Shown here: in pieces, positions 19,895-30,739 of the stretch
How the letters are laid out: each line of letters opens with the position of its first letter
Position numbering within the stretch: position 1 is the first letter of the stretch
Origin: Nitrososphaeria archaeon
Lineage (GTDB): Archaea > Thermoproteota > Nitrososphaeria > JACIWG01
Reading direction: 5' to 3'
NCBI GenBank assembly: GCA_050011875.1
Contig: JBEKIG010000001.1
Location: 96,001 to 160,000, forward strand
DNA: 64,000 bases
Notes under the pieces: model-generated
What the model saw: only the letters and a program-made list of their open reading frames with translations
Database searches by the model: none
What the model was told of the DNA's origin: nothing
Position numbers and translations under genes: made by a program

Positions 19895-20611
19895 TCAAGA
19901 TAGCTTGTAATATACCCTTTTTCTTCCCTTACCTTTGTTTTCGACTTTTTCTATAGTTATACCTACAATCTCTTTGATGTTTGCCACGTGTGGACCACCA
20001 TCTGCTTGAACGTCAACGTCAGGAATTTCCACGATCCTTAACATATTAATGTTTGGTGGTGCACGCTGTGCAAGTTTTACTATCCCAGGAATCTCCAATG
20101 CTTTTTCTCGCGATAGAAAATATATTTTTACTTCCGCACCCCTACTAATAATTACGTTCGTTTCCCTTACTGCTTCATCAAAAACCGATTTATCTGACGA
20201 TTCTAGGTTAAAGTCATCTTTTGCATGCTCAGCGTCTATGTGCCCACCTGTAACGTATACACCATATTTTTTGAAAAGAATAGATGAAAGAATGTGAGCT
20301 GCAGTATGCAACTTCATAAGTTTATACCTTCTTTCCCAGTCAATGGATCCTGTCAAATTTTCGCCTATTTTGATCTTTGGAACCCCTTCAATATTGTGTA
20401 AAACGTTTCCCGTCACTTTGTCTTCTGTGACTTGTACGATTCTATAGGTTTCAGATGTTGTGCTAATAGAACCTAGGTCACAGTCTACACCACCCGTTAG
20501 AGGATGGAATGCTGTTCTATCTAAAACAACTTTATTTTCTTGAACATCCAATACATTGGCGTTAAACTCCTTAAGATAGCTGTCCTTCTGAAACAATAAT
20601 TCTGTTAACAC
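19895..20611 (-). CDS. alaX: Alanyl-tRNA editing protein AlaX-M
   Basis: HTAAH and QADGGPH; NKGKGRKR C-terminus. Confidence 0.93.
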   Translation of the reverse strand: MLTELLFQKDSYLKEFNANVLDVQENKVVLDRTAFHPLTGGVDCDLGSISTTSETYRIVQVTEDKVTGNVLHNIEGVPKIKIGENLTGSIDWERRYKLMKLHTAAHILSSILFKKYGVYVTGGHIDAEHAKDDFNLESSDKSVFDEAVRETNVIISRGAEVKIYFLSREKALEIPGIVKLAQRAPPNINMLRIVEIPDVDVQADGGPHVANIKEIVGITIEKVENKGKGRKRVYYKLS

Positions 20612-20694
20612 TTCTCACTCCAAAAAGAAAAACAAGAACAAGATATAAACTTAGTTTGCTCTATATCGAAGTAACAACTTTAATTTTAATTTTT

Positions 20695-21636
20695 TTACAT
20701 TTTAGAAATATATTCGTCTGCTTAAATAGCAGCCTTAGCGCCCTCGCCTATGCTGATAGAAATCTGTCCCCAAGGTCTGTCTCTATTATGAACTGCACAG
20801 TCACCAGCGGCAAAAATCCCCTTGATGGATGTCATCATTTCTCCATCGACTTTAATAAAACCTTGTTTGTCTTTTTCCACCTCAAACACTTCAGTACAAG
20901 GTGTCACCCCTATGTAAACAAAAACACCGTTCACGTTTAGCGTTAACTGCTGCTCTTCTGTATTTTTTCTGTTTAAGGTGAGGCTTTCGACTTTTTTTGA
21001 ACCGTTCACTGAAATAACATCTGTAGACCAAAGAAATTTGATATTTTTCATCTGAAAAGCTTTCTTCTGTAACGTCTTCTCGGCTCTTAAACTGTCTCGT
21101 CTATGTATGACATAAACCTTCTTAACTAGACGCGAGAGATAAATAGCTTCTTTTACGGCCCTGTCGCCACCGCCTACAACCGCAACGGTACCACCTTTAA
21201 AAAATTGAGCGTCGCAAAGGGCGCAGTAAGATATTCCTTTGCCAATGAACTCTTGCCCACCTGTGATCATCAATTTTTTAGGTTTTGTTCCAGTAGCTAT
21301 TATAACAGTTTTACCACTGTATTCAATGCCATCGGTAACGATTATTTTGCGCTTCCCTTTATTTACTATACGCTGAACCTCCTTTATTTCAATGGGAACA
21401 TCGTATGCCATAACATGGTCTACAAGTTTTTGGGCAAGATCTTGGCCAGAAATTTTTTTGAACCCTGGATAATTTTCTATTATATCTGTAACAACAACCT
21501 GCCCCCCAAGTCCAAGCTTATCGATTATTATACAGCTCCGCACACTTCGTGCCGCGTAAAGAGCGGCGACGAGTCCTGCAGGCCCTGCGCCGATAATTAT
21601 AATATCAAATTCCCTTATCATCTTTTCTTCTAACAT
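20695..21636 (-). CDS. trxB: Thioredoxin-disulfide reductase with a premature TAA 9 codons before the expected end
   Basis: GAGPAG, CALCD, GGGDRA and GDC motifs; the C-terminus reads AAI*ADEYISKM*. Confidence 0.9.
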
Positions 21637-22078
21637 ACAACATTATTTGTTTGAATTATCATTTAACTCTTTCCACTACAAAGAAAATTATAATAGAAAT
21701 CAATATTCCGCCTACGATAAAAGTTGGTTGCGATAACATAAATCATCTAACAATAGCAGTCTCCATTAGATTACGCCATCTTTTTCGAATGATTCTACAA
21801 GTTTTACTTCTTTAAGTTCGCTGAATATCCTGTAAAGGTTAGATAAATGTTCATCAAAAGTCTTATCTACATGAGAAGGACTTTGCGATCCACCCCCCTA
21901 ATGCAATCATAAAATGTGATCGCAATTTTCCACCTACAGCTTCAAAAATGTTTGATAGAGCATCTTTCAAGTTTTCCAACGAGTGCCCTACCCAGAATTT
22001 ATTAAGTACACAAATTTAAGCTTAGTGTAAACCTTAAGTTTATGCACCAAACTTGGAAAACTAAAGAGACAGAGACAG

Positions 22079-22300
22079 TTAACTCTGTATACCTCTAATA
22101 ATGAGGCAATCTTTCTCTGAAATCTTTACAGAATCTGATGACACATTATCACAGATTCTTACTTGTGCGTTCAGAATAAGCGCAAAAGGCGTTCTTTCAG
22201 TTGTTCCACCAATCGCTAAATTAGCCATAAAAGTTAAATCATCAATAACGTTTATGAAAGTTATTTTTAACAACTTACCAAAATAGGTGATTACAAGGGC
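22079..22300 (-). pseudogene. C-terminal remnant of a CofE-like (F420:glutamate ligase family) gene
   Basis: FGKLLKITFINVIDDLTFMANLAIGGTTERTPFALI resembles the CofE C-terminus; the upstream part has decayed. Confidence 0.55.
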
Positions 22301-22496
22301 ATTTAACGAATCTTGTGATAACTAATTCTTCATAAAGGCGAACGAAATTTTAAACTTGCTCAAACTCATTAAATAAGAGAAAAACAGATTTTCTGGACAG
22401 TAACCATTAAAAGTATTAAACATACATTTCGCATCGTCTTACAACTCTAGCAAAATTTTTTAATGAGAACAAGCATGCTCAGTTGAGAAAGGCAGC

Positions 22497-24905
22497 TTGG
22501 TAGATTTGTGTTCGCTAACGAATAAAGAAGCTACGATAATAATCCTAGTCCTTATGCTCACGAATATTATCATTTCAATAAGGCCTTTTGACGGAGATGT
22601 TGAAGTAATTGTTTCCTTTAAGGGAGAACCGACTACGTCTCTCGCTATAAAGTATGGGATTAGCTTGAATGATTCAATTATAAATGAAGCTTCAGAGTAT
22701 AAGTTGCTTGAACTTGAAGGGAATATAAAGAAACTACAGAGCAGCGGAATACCTCTTAGAGTCGTTTCATATATGTATACCGTGATCTTCGGAGCAGTTA
22801 TAGAAATGCCTCAAAGATTTATTCAAACCTTAAATCAGACTGGAACGATTGCTTCATTAGAAGAAAGCGCGGAATACAAGTTGGATTTAGAGAACAATGT
22901 TAAAATGGTAGATGCTAATAGAGTATGGGAACTAAAGGATGCCCTAAATTCAAATATTACAGGTAAAGGAATCAAAGTGGCAGTGATCGATACAGGAGTA
23001 AATTACTCACAGCCAATTTTAGGAGGAGGAATAGGATCAAATTATAAAGTGGTTGGTGGATACGATTTTGTGGACAAAGATAATGATCCAATGGATATGG
23101 ATGGACATGGAACAGCGGTTGCGGCCATCATAGCCGGCAATGACGATGGATTTACTGGAATAGCGCCGGACGCAAGCATTCTTGCATATAAAGTAATAAC
23201 AGAATCTGGAGAGACGTCAACGGCAGATATCGTACAGGCTATCGATAGAGCAGTATTAGACGGTGCAACTGTGATCAATATAAGCCTTGGATCAGCGATA
23301 TCAGACGCTTCATTGGGCATTGCTATAAATAACGCTGTGGATGCAGGGATAGTCGTCGTCGCAGCCGCAGGTAACTCAGGACCTAGCGGAGGCACCATAG
23401 ACTATCCGAGCGCGCTGAACGATGTCATTTCTGTAGGAGCTTCATCGAATATAGGGTCCTCACTTCTAAAAGCTGAGTTTACGATCCCTGAGATAGGAAG
23501 ATCCTTTGATGCAATTCCCATGAATAATACGATTTCAACAAATAAACCGCTGATATCAAAATTAGTTTACGTCGGCCTTGCAGGAAATGACGATGTTGCT
23601 AACCTTAACCTTACAGACGCGATCGCTGTCGCAAAAAGGGGAACCTATTTATTTAGCGAAAAGGCAAAGAATGTTCAGGAAAAGGGAGCCATCGCCCTGA
23701 TAGTGTTCAACAACGTCACACAAAATTTTATTGGAGCTCTAAAAGATCCTGTATCGATTCCCGTTGCTTCAATTTCGGGTGCAGATGGAGAATACATACT
23801 TAACTCTCTATCAACAAAAGAACTTACTGGGAATTTCACTATAAACTCAAACCCTTATCAGGTCGTATGGTTTAGTTCGAGAGGGCCGGTTTCACCATTC
23901 TACTTAAAACCTAATTTAATCGCTCCAGGATATAATGTAGAAACAGCGGACTATCAGGGAGGCTATCAAAATGTTTCGGGTACAAGTTTCGCTGCCCCTT
24001 GTGTAACAGGCACAGTTGCTCTAATAAAACAGGAAAGGCCAAAACTAAACCCCTATGAAATTATGTCTCTCCTTATGGATAACGCAGAACCTCTCACAAC
24101 AGGAGTTGAAAAGTATCCTGTTGACGTTCAAGGTGCAGGACTTATGGAGGTCTATAACACGATAATCAGCGATTTCACAGTCTTACCTGGAAGCCTCGTC
24201 TTCAATCTATCTCCTTTTAACCAAACAACAACCAATAGGACGTTACAGATTGTTCCACTATCAGGAGAGAACCTCAGCATTAAAGTTGCTCCAGATTGGT
24301 CTGGTCCAGACAGTGTACAGATAAGACCGAAGGACAATAACATTATTAATGGAAGCACATTCATTACGATCGAAGCTCAGCTCAATACAAACGATTATGG
24401 AACTTACTACGGTTGGTTAAACATATCGAGTGAGAAGATCACTCAAATGATACCAATAGAGGTGCAAGTAAATCCCGTTGGAATCTCTGTCATAAAAGAT
24501 AATGCAAGTCAGATAGCTTTCAGGATAAATCTGCCTAAAGGTTTTATATCAGCCAAAGCACTTATACAGTTGCCTGACGGAAATAGCCAGATTATATCTT
24601 ATAGGAGTGACTCCAATAATATTACCTTCCAGTCAACTTTAACTGGAGAATACTGGATATCTGTTCTGGTTGTCACAACAAACAACACCCAAAGTGGATT
24701 CGACATTGTAACAGTTGGAAGGTCTACAACACCTCCTAAAATAACTATAGTAACAACGTTGCCTCAGAGCCTGCCTATCAGTGGAATTCCATATCAGGCA
24801 CTTGAGACGATAGTGTACACGCTTGCTTTGGTAGTTATTTTTATAACGATCTACAGTCTAAGGAAGAAAACAAGAGAAAAAATTTCCTTATTAAATAAAG
24901 TGTAG
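22497..24905 (+). CDS. Subtilisin-like S8 serine protease with PA domain, membrane anchored
   Basis: Catalytic triad VAVIDTG / HGTAVA / GTSFAAP; PA insert; N-terminal signal and C-terminal TM helix. Confidence 0.95.
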   Translation: MVDLCSLTNKEATIIILVLMLTNIIISIRPFDGDVEVIVSFKGEPTTSLAIKYGISLNDSIINEASEYKLLELEGNIKKLQSSGIPLRVVSYMYTVIFGAVIEMPQRFIQTLNQTGTIASLEESAEYKLDLENNVKMVDANRVWELKDALNSNITGKGIKVAVIDTGVNYSQPILGGGIGSNYKVVGGYDFVDKDNDPMDMDGHGTAVAAIIAGNDDGFTGIAPDASILAYKVITESGETSTADIVQAIDRAVLDGATVINISLGSAISDASLGIAINNAVDAGIVVVAAAGNSGPSGGTIDYPSALNDVISVGASSNIGSSLLKAEFTIPEIGRSFDAIPMNNTISTNKPLISKLVYVGLAGNDDVANLNLTDAIAVAKRGTYLFSEKAKNVQEKGAIALIVFNNVTQNFIGALKDPVSIPVASISGADGEYILNSLSTKELTGNFTINSNPYQVVWFSSRGPVSPFYLKPNLIAPGYNVETADYQGGYQNVSGTSFAAPCVTGTVALIKQERPKLNPYEIMSLLMDNAEPLTTGVEKYPVDVQGAGLMEVYNTIISDFTVLPGSLVFNLSPFNQTTTNRTLQIVPLSGENLSIKVAPDWSGPDSVQIRPKDNNIINGSTFITIEAQLNTNDYGTYYGWLNISSEKITQMIPIEVQVNPVGISVIKDNASQIAFRINLPKGFISAKALIQLPDGNSQIISYRSDSNNITFQSTLTGEYWISVLVVTTNNTQSGFDIVTVGRSTTPPKITIVTTLPQSLPISGIPYQALETIVYTLALVVIFITIYSLRKKTREKISLLNKV

Positions 24906-24998
24906 GCCATTTGTAAAAAACAAGTTGATATATTATTTAAATTAGTGGTGGGCAAGTAATTAATAAGGGTGGGTTTGACAGGTCTTATGTTTTGAGAT

Positions 24999-25799
24999 AT
25001 GGAGGAGTTTAGATTAACCCATCTAATCGAACGCACTCTTAAAAGTGCTCAAAGAGCTTTACTTAAAATTCAAGACAACCCCATAAGAGTTGGAGTGAAC
25101 AGGTTTGGGGACGTCACATATAATATTGATTTAGAATCCGAGCATGTGATTTTTGAGGAATTTGAAAAAACAGGAGAAGGTTTTACGATAATATCAGAGG
25201 AGTCTGGGATAAAGGAAATAAACGGAGGAGGAATGACTGTAGTTGTAGACCCATTAGACGGCAGCAATAACGCGGTTAAAGAAATACCTTTTTACAGCAT
25301 ATCAATAGCCATTTCTAAAGGGGACTTGATATCGGATATATTGGCTTCTGGCATAATTAACGTTATTAATGGTGATATCATATGTTCAGATAGCCATAGC
25401 GTCTTCTTCAATGGTGAAGCCAGACATCCATCAAACGTGACCGAGCTTAGCTCTGCTATTTCTACGATTATTCCAAGACTCTTTTACCTAAACAACAAAG
25501 AATACGAAGAGAGACTTGTAAAGATGTTTAAGCAGACTAAACACCCAAGATTTCTTGGTAGTGCGGCAATGGAATCGGCATATGTATCGGTAGGATTAAT
25601 AGATGCTTTCATAGAACTTTATCCAAGACTACGTGTTGTCGATATTGCCGCTTCACTTCATATGGCTAGGACCTCAGGTGCATACGTAAATCTTCTAAAC
25701 ATAGAAGGGGAACTTAACCTAAAGTATGATGGTAGAATAAGTTGTTTAATAGCAGCAAACAATATACTTGGTCACTCTTACACCGAACTTCTGAAATAG
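24999..25799 (+). CDS. suhB: Inositol monophosphatase / FBPase (SuhB family)
   Basis: SEE, DPLDGS, LGSAA and RVVDIAA motifs. Confidence 0.9.
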   Translation: MEEFRLTHLIERTLKSAQRALLKIQDNPIRVGVNRFGDVTYNIDLESEHVIFEEFEKTGEGFTIISEESGIKEINGGGMTVVVDPLDGSNNAVKEIPFYSISIAISKGDLISDILASGIINVINGDIICSDSHSVFFNGEARHPSNVTELSSAISTIIPRLFYLNNKEYEERLVKMFKQTKHPRFLGSAAMESAYVSVGLIDAFIELYPRLRVVDIAASLHMARTSGAYVNLLNIEGELNLKYDGRISCLIAANNILGHSYTELLK

Positions 25800-25882
25800 C
25801 TTATTTATTTTAACTTATAACGTTCCTGTTTTAATATAATAATAATTATATACTTTATTTCCTGAACTTATAGTGACTCCTT

Positions 25883-26659
25883 ATGCAAGAGTTTGTTACA
25901 GGAAGATTAAAGAAGATTCTGAGAGAAAACAAGATTTCAGTTGGGATGTGGATTACGCTTCCGTGTATAGATGTGCCAGAGGCCCTGTCCGGACTTGGCT
26001 TCGACTGGTTCGTCTTCGACACTGAGCACGCTCCAACAAGCATAGAGACTGTGCAGAGGCTGCTGCCAGCGCTAAACGGAAGCAACACTTCAGCAATCAT
26101 CAGAGTCGCATGGAACGACATAGTCATGATAAAGCGTGCACTAGACGTGGGGCCAGAAGGCATCGTAGTCCCGTGGGTAAACAACATAGACGACGCAATA
26201 AAAGCTGTCAAAGCTAGCAGGTATCCACCCATTGGCATCAGGGGAGTTGGCCCAAGAAGAGCCGCGGCCTACGGCCTAGACCCATCATATTATAAAAGAG
26301 CAAATAACGACGTCGCCCTGATTGTCCAGATAGAAACACAGGAAGCAGTAGACAATGTTGACGAGATACTCTCAGTGGATGGTATAGATTCATTCTTCAT
26401 AGGGCCACAGGACCTTTCATTCTCTTTGCAGGTGCCGCACGACTACGAAAGTCCCAGATTCAGGGCAGCCATCGATAAGGTTCTTGAGGCGGGAAGGAAA
26501 GCAGGGAAACCTGCCGGCATATACACGTCAGACGCGCAAGAATCCATCAACTACATGAAGAAAGGTTTCAGGTTCCTTACTCTTTCTTCAGACATAAAAA
26601 ATTTGGTTAGTCAGTGCAAAAAAGAGTTAGAAACTGTTAGAATAGAAGCCTCAAAGTGA
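25883..26659 (+). CDS. HpcH/HpaI class II aldolase
   Basis: DTEHAP, IIRV, YPPIGIRG, QIET and FIGPQDLS motifs. Confidence 0.93.
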   Translation: MQEFVTGRLKKILRENKISVGMWITLPCIDVPEALSGLGFDWFVFDTEHAPTSIETVQRLLPALNGSNTSAIIRVAWNDIVMIKRALDVGPEGIVVPWVNNIDDAIKAVKASRYPPIGIRGVGPRRAAAYGLDPSYYKRANNDVALIVQIETQEAVDNVDEILSVDGIDSFFIGPQDLSFSLQVPHDYESPRFRAAIDKVLEAGRKAGKPAGIYTSDAQESINYMKKGFRFLTLSSDIKNLVSQCKKELETVRIEASK

Positions 26660-26821
26660 ACTCTTTAGTCTATAGGGGAATATTGCAAATACGGAAATCT
26701 TTTAATTAAAAGACTGTAGTAATAAAAAATCTACTTTTCTAATAAATTGTCACAAATTCGTACAGTATTGTTTATTATTTAACGCGATATTCTGCCTGCC
26801 ATAGTAGTAGTTCTTCAAGTC

Positions 26822-27214
26822 ATGGAAATAAATGAGATTCAGCTAGAAGAACTAGATGTCGGACAATTTGTTGAGGATAAAGTAAAGGGGGTCCGTTACA
26901 GTGTGGGTAATGATTTGGCTGTCAACGTTTTATCCAGTGGCGTCGATTCTTATCGATGTAAAAAAGAGTTCTTAAACGCTATGGAAGATATAGCTGACCC
27001 AGGAAAAAAAAATGGAAGTTATTACTCAGAATACCTTGTCAGCGGTTTCCCTTCCTCAATTAATGTGATTGTCCTTATGCCTATTCTTCAGTTACCGACA
27101 ATTACTGTTAAACTAATATTTTTTTCTTCATACACCTCTGAAATTGTTTTCGGAGGCTATCTTTGCAGGCAGGTATTTAAAGCACTTCAACAGAATTTAA
27201 AGAGTATTTCCTAA
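26822..27214 (+). pseudogene. Probably a decayed gene (weak HypE-like similarity)
   Basis: No coherent domain; short segments resemble HypE (see findings). Confidence 0.25.
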
Positions 27215-27316
27215 ATTTTACGCAATATATAACATAAGCCTCCGATGCAACTTTGATTCTTTTGTTACTAGGCAAATTTTAAATAGTAAGGTCTCTGTCT
27301 CTTTGAAAGAGAATTA

Positions 27317-27817
27317 ATGGCTACAAAAGGCGATTCTCAGTCTACTATGAAGTTTGACAAGCGTCTCCTATCACTTGACAACGCTCTTAAAACACACAGA
27401 TATCAGAAGGATTCCCTTCTGGAGGTCCTGCATACAGCACAGGAGTCCTACGGATTTTTAGACAAGGATATTATGGCTTATGTCGCTAAAGCGCTGAAAT
27501 TGCCTGCAAGCCATGTTTTTGGGGTTGCAACATTCTATAACTTCTTCAAGCTTAAGAAACCAGGGGCACATGTCGTTACCTTCTGTTTAGGTACCGCCTG
27601 TTATGTTAAGGGTTCAGAAGATATTTTAAAGAAAGTTGAGACTGAATTTAAAGTAAAGCGTGGAGAATCTACTGTTGACGGAAAACTTTCTGTTTTTACT
27701 ACGCGCTGCATTGGCGCATGTGCGATGGCACCTAATGCCATCATAGACGAAAACGTCGAAGGTAGAGCAACTAGTGAATCTATAATAAAAAAGATAAAAG
27801 AGGTTAAAGGAGATTGA
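27317..27817 (+). CDS. hoxE: Bidirectional hydrogenase diaphorase subunit HoxE (NuoE-like)
   Basis: LLEVLHTAQESYGFL, GVATFY, CLGTAC and RCIGAC [2Fe-2S] motifs. Confidence 0.9.
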   Translation: MATKGDSQSTMKFDKRLLSLDNALKTHRYQKDSLLEVLHTAQESYGFLDKDIMAYVAKALKLPASHVFGVATFYNFFKLKKPGAHVVTFCLGTACYVKGSEDILKKVETEFKVKRGESTVDGKLSVFTTRCIGACAMAPNAIIDENVEGRATSESIIKKIKEVKGD

Positions 27818-27822
27818 AATAA

Positions 27823-29484
27823 TTGAGACCTGAAGAACTTCATAAATCGGCAGAAATGGAGCAAGAACTCCGTACTTCATATAAATTCAGGATCAATGTT
27901 TGCTGTTCAAGTGGATGTGCTCATTTTGGTGCTCTTAAAGTGCTTAAAGCATTTGAAGACGCCGTCAAAGAGTTCGGTGTCGAAAAGATATGTAAGGTGG
28001 CTAGGACAGGCTGCATTGGAACCTGCTCCGTAGGACCAGCCGTTATGATCGAACCAGGTGACTACCTATATGAGAGCGTGACACCAGAAATGGCGAAAAA
28101 AATAGTTAGCGAACATATAGTTAATGGTAGACCAATCAAAGGCAATTTATACAGCAATTCCGACTTCTTCCAAAAACAGCTTAGGATAGTGTTGAGAGAT
28201 GCTGGAAAAATCGATCCCCTCAGAATGGAAGACTACATAGCTGTGGGAGGCTATTCCGCGCTTGCCAAGGCTTTAACAACCATGGAACCGGCACAGGTGA
28301 TAGCGGCAATATCTGCCAGTGGCTTGAGGGGCCGTGGCGGTGCAGGTTTTCTTACAGGTCAAAAGTGGAACTTTGTCGCTAAGTCTTCAACGACCCCAAA
28401 ATATATTGTAGCAAACTTAGATGAAGGAGACCCGGGTGTATTTGCTAACCGCACACTTGCCGAAGCGGATCCACATTCAATTCTTGAAGGAATGGCTATC
28501 GCCGCATACGCCATTGGATCTGAACAAGGTTACATCTACATCCGTAGTGAATACCCTCTAGGGGTCCAGACATTGAAAAAGGCTGTTGAGCAAGCTAAGA
28601 CGCAAAGCTTTTTGGGAGAGAAGGTTCTCGGCACAGATTTCAGATTCGATGTTGAACTTAGATTAGGTGCCGGTGCATTCGTTGCAGGCGAAGAAACCGC
28701 TATTCTTGCTTCCATCGAAGGGCGTAGAGCTATGCCACGCCCACGACCACCTTACCCGGCTGTTTCAGGCCTTTGGGGAAAGCCGACATTAATTAACAAC
28801 GTAGAAACATTAGCCAATGTCCCATTAATTATATTGAATGGTAGTGCGTGGTTCTCTAAGATAGGTTCACCAGGCTGCAGTGGAACCAAATGTTTCTCTT
28901 TAACGGGCAAGACCAATAATCCCGGATTAATAGAAGTTCCGATGGGTACAACATTGGGAGAAGTGGTCTACGACATAGGTGGAGGTGTTCCGGAAGGTAG
29001 GAAGTTTAAGGCTGTGTTGGTTGGAGGCCCTTCAGGGGGATGTCTTCCCGAAGATAAACTTAATCTGCCGATAGATTATGATAGTCTCACCAAGGCTGGA
29101 GCAATTATGGGATCTGGTGGAATTGTTGTGCTAGATGACAAATCCTGCATGGTGGATACGGCACATTTCTTCACAGACTTCTGTGTTGATGAATCATGTG
29201 GAAAATGTGTGCCTTGTAGAGTAGGACTCACGAAAGCTAGAGGAATTCTGGCGGGGATCATGGGAGGTGAAGGAAGAGTTGAGGACTTAGAAAAGCTTGA
29301 AAAACTGATGTTTCTGGCCAAGGATGTAAGCCTATGCGGTTTGGGACAGACCGCTGCAAACCCGATTTTGACGACTCTCAACTATTTCAAAGACGAATAC
29401 CTGAAACACATAGTTGAGAAGAAATGCCCTGCAGGAAGCTCGAATTGTTTTAATAAACAAGGTAAGGGGATGAATACTAAATGA
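27823..29484 (+). CDS. hoxF: Diaphorase subunit HoxF (NuoF-like, with N-terminal Trx-like 2Fe-2S domain)
   Basis: GLRGRGGAGF, DEGDPG, GEET and CGKCVPC...CGLG motifs. Confidence 0.92.
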   Translation: MRPEELHKSAEMEQELRTSYKFRINVCCSSGCAHFGALKVLKAFEDAVKEFGVEKICKVARTGCIGTCSVGPAVMIEPGDYLYESVTPEMAKKIVSEHIVNGRPIKGNLYSNSDFFQKQLRIVLRDAGKIDPLRMEDYIAVGGYSALAKALTTMEPAQVIAAISASGLRGRGGAGFLTGQKWNFVAKSSTTPKYIVANLDEGDPGVFANRTLAEADPHSILEGMAIAAYAIGSEQGYIYIRSEYPLGVQTLKKAVEQAKTQSFLGEKVLGTDFRFDVELRLGAGAFVAGEETAILASIEGRRAMPRPRPPYPAVSGLWGKPTLINNVETLANVPLIILNGSAWFSKIGSPGCSGTKCFSLTGKTNNPGLIEVPMGTTLGEVVYDIGGGVPEGRKFKAVLVGGPSGGCLPEDKLNLPIDYDSLTKAGAIMGSGGIVVLDDKSCMVDTAHFFTDFCVDESCGKCVPCRVGLTKARGILAGIMGGEGRVEDLEKLEKLMFLAKDVSLCGLGQTAANPILTTLNYFKDEYLKHIVEKKCPAGSSNCFNKQGKGMNTK

Positions 29485-30185
29485 GCTTTCCCAGTATTAA
29501 GCTAATGATCGATGAAAGGGAATTAGTTGCCCAACCAAGCACCACGATACTTACAGCTGCGACCGATAACGGCATCTATATTCCAACTTTGTGCTACCTG
29601 GAGGGTTTAACTAGCCTTGGGGGCTGCCGTCTATGTGTCGTTGAAGTGAAGGGTTCACCCAAGCTTTTCCCATCTTGCTCTACTCCGGTCAGTAACGGCA
29701 TGGAGGTTGCGACGGTCTCAGAAAAACTTACTAGATATCGCAAACAACTGGTAGAGCTTTTACTGTCTGAACGAACTCACATCTGTTCAGTATGCGTTGC
29801 AAACGGCGCCTGCGAACTCCAGGCTATGGCGACCAAACTTGGAGTCGACTATGTTAATGTGGAGCGTGAATGGACTAGATTTGAGGTGGACTCTACTCAC
29901 AAACGTTTTGTACTTGACAGAAACAGGTGCATTCTATGCACTCGCTGTGTAAGAGTATGTGATGAAATAGAAGGCGTTCACACTATAGACCTGAAGCATA
30001 GGGGTATTTATTCCCAGATAATCATGGACCTAGACGAGCCCTGGGGATCTTCTTACTCCTGTACCTCTTGCAGCAAGTGCTCTGCAGTCTGTCCCGTCGG
30101 ATCAATCTATGTCAAAAACGAACCATTTTCTGAAACAAAGAATCCTGAACTTCCTAAATTCATTATTGACAGGAGGCGCAGGTGA
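29481..30185 (+). CDS. hoxU: Diaphorase subunit HoxU (NuoG N-terminal-like)
   Basis: PTLC, CRLC, HICSVC..C, CILCTRCVRVC and CTSCSKCSAVCP motifs. Confidence 0.93.
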   Translation: MSFPSIKLMIDERELVAQPSTTILTAATDNGIYIPTLCYLEGLTSLGGCRLCVVEVKGSPKLFPSCSTPVSNGMEVATVSEKLTRYRKQLVELLLSERTHICSVCVANGACELQAMATKLGVDYVNVEREWTRFEVDSTHKRFVLDRNRCILCTRCVRVCDEIEGVHTIDLKHRGIYSQIIMDLDEPWGSSYSCTSCSKCSAVCPVGSIYVKNEPFSETKNPELPKFIIDRRRR

Positions 30186-30191
30186 TAGTAA

Positions 30192-30725
30192 ATGGTGAAA
30201 GTGAAAGTTGCTACGGTCTGGCTAAGCGGGTGCTCAGGATGCCACATGTCGTTCCTAGACCAAGACGAGAAGCTCATAGACTTGGCAGAAAAGATGGAAC
30301 TGGTCTACAGCCCGCTTGTTGACAAAAAGGAATTCCCTGATGGCACCGACATTACACTAATAGAGGGTGCTGTGGCGAACGTGGAACAGCTAGAGTTGCT
30401 AAAGCTTGTCAGAAATCGCACCAAAATCCTTGTATCCCTAGGCGATTGTGCAGTAACAGGAAACGTTACAGCTCTAAGGAACTGTTTCAGTGACAGTGCG
30501 AATTCTGTCCTCAAAAGGGAATTCATCGAAAACACCGATGTTCAACCTCAGATACCGACGGAAGTTCCTGCACTTCTTGAACACGTTCTTTCACTGCATG
30601 AAGCTGTTAAGGTTGACTTCTTTATTCCAGGATGCCCCCCACATGCTGACCTCATAAATTATGTCCTGTCAGAGCTTTTAGCAGGTAAAATGCCCACAAT
30701 GGCAGACAAATTCAAGTATGGTTAG
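30192..30725 (+). CDS. hoxY: NiFe hydrogenase small subunit HoxY
   Basis: WLSGCSGCHMS, GDCAVTGN and PGCPP; short single-cluster form. Confidence 0.93.
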   Translation: MVKVKVATVWLSGCSGCHMSFLDQDEKLIDLAEKMELVYSPLVDKKEFPDGTDITLIEGAVANVEQLELLKLVRNRTKILVSLGDCAVTGNVTALRNCFSDSANSVLKREFIENTDVQPQIPTEVPALLEHVLSLHEAVKVDFFIPGCPPHADLINYVLSELLAGKMPTMADKFKYG

Positions 30726-30739
30726 GAAGATGAAAAAAT

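Noticed and set aside
27317-30185. Respiratory complex I NuoEFG or an FeFe hydrogenase
   Set aside because: No membrane nuo genes and no H-cluster domain; NiFe small and large subunits follow directly.
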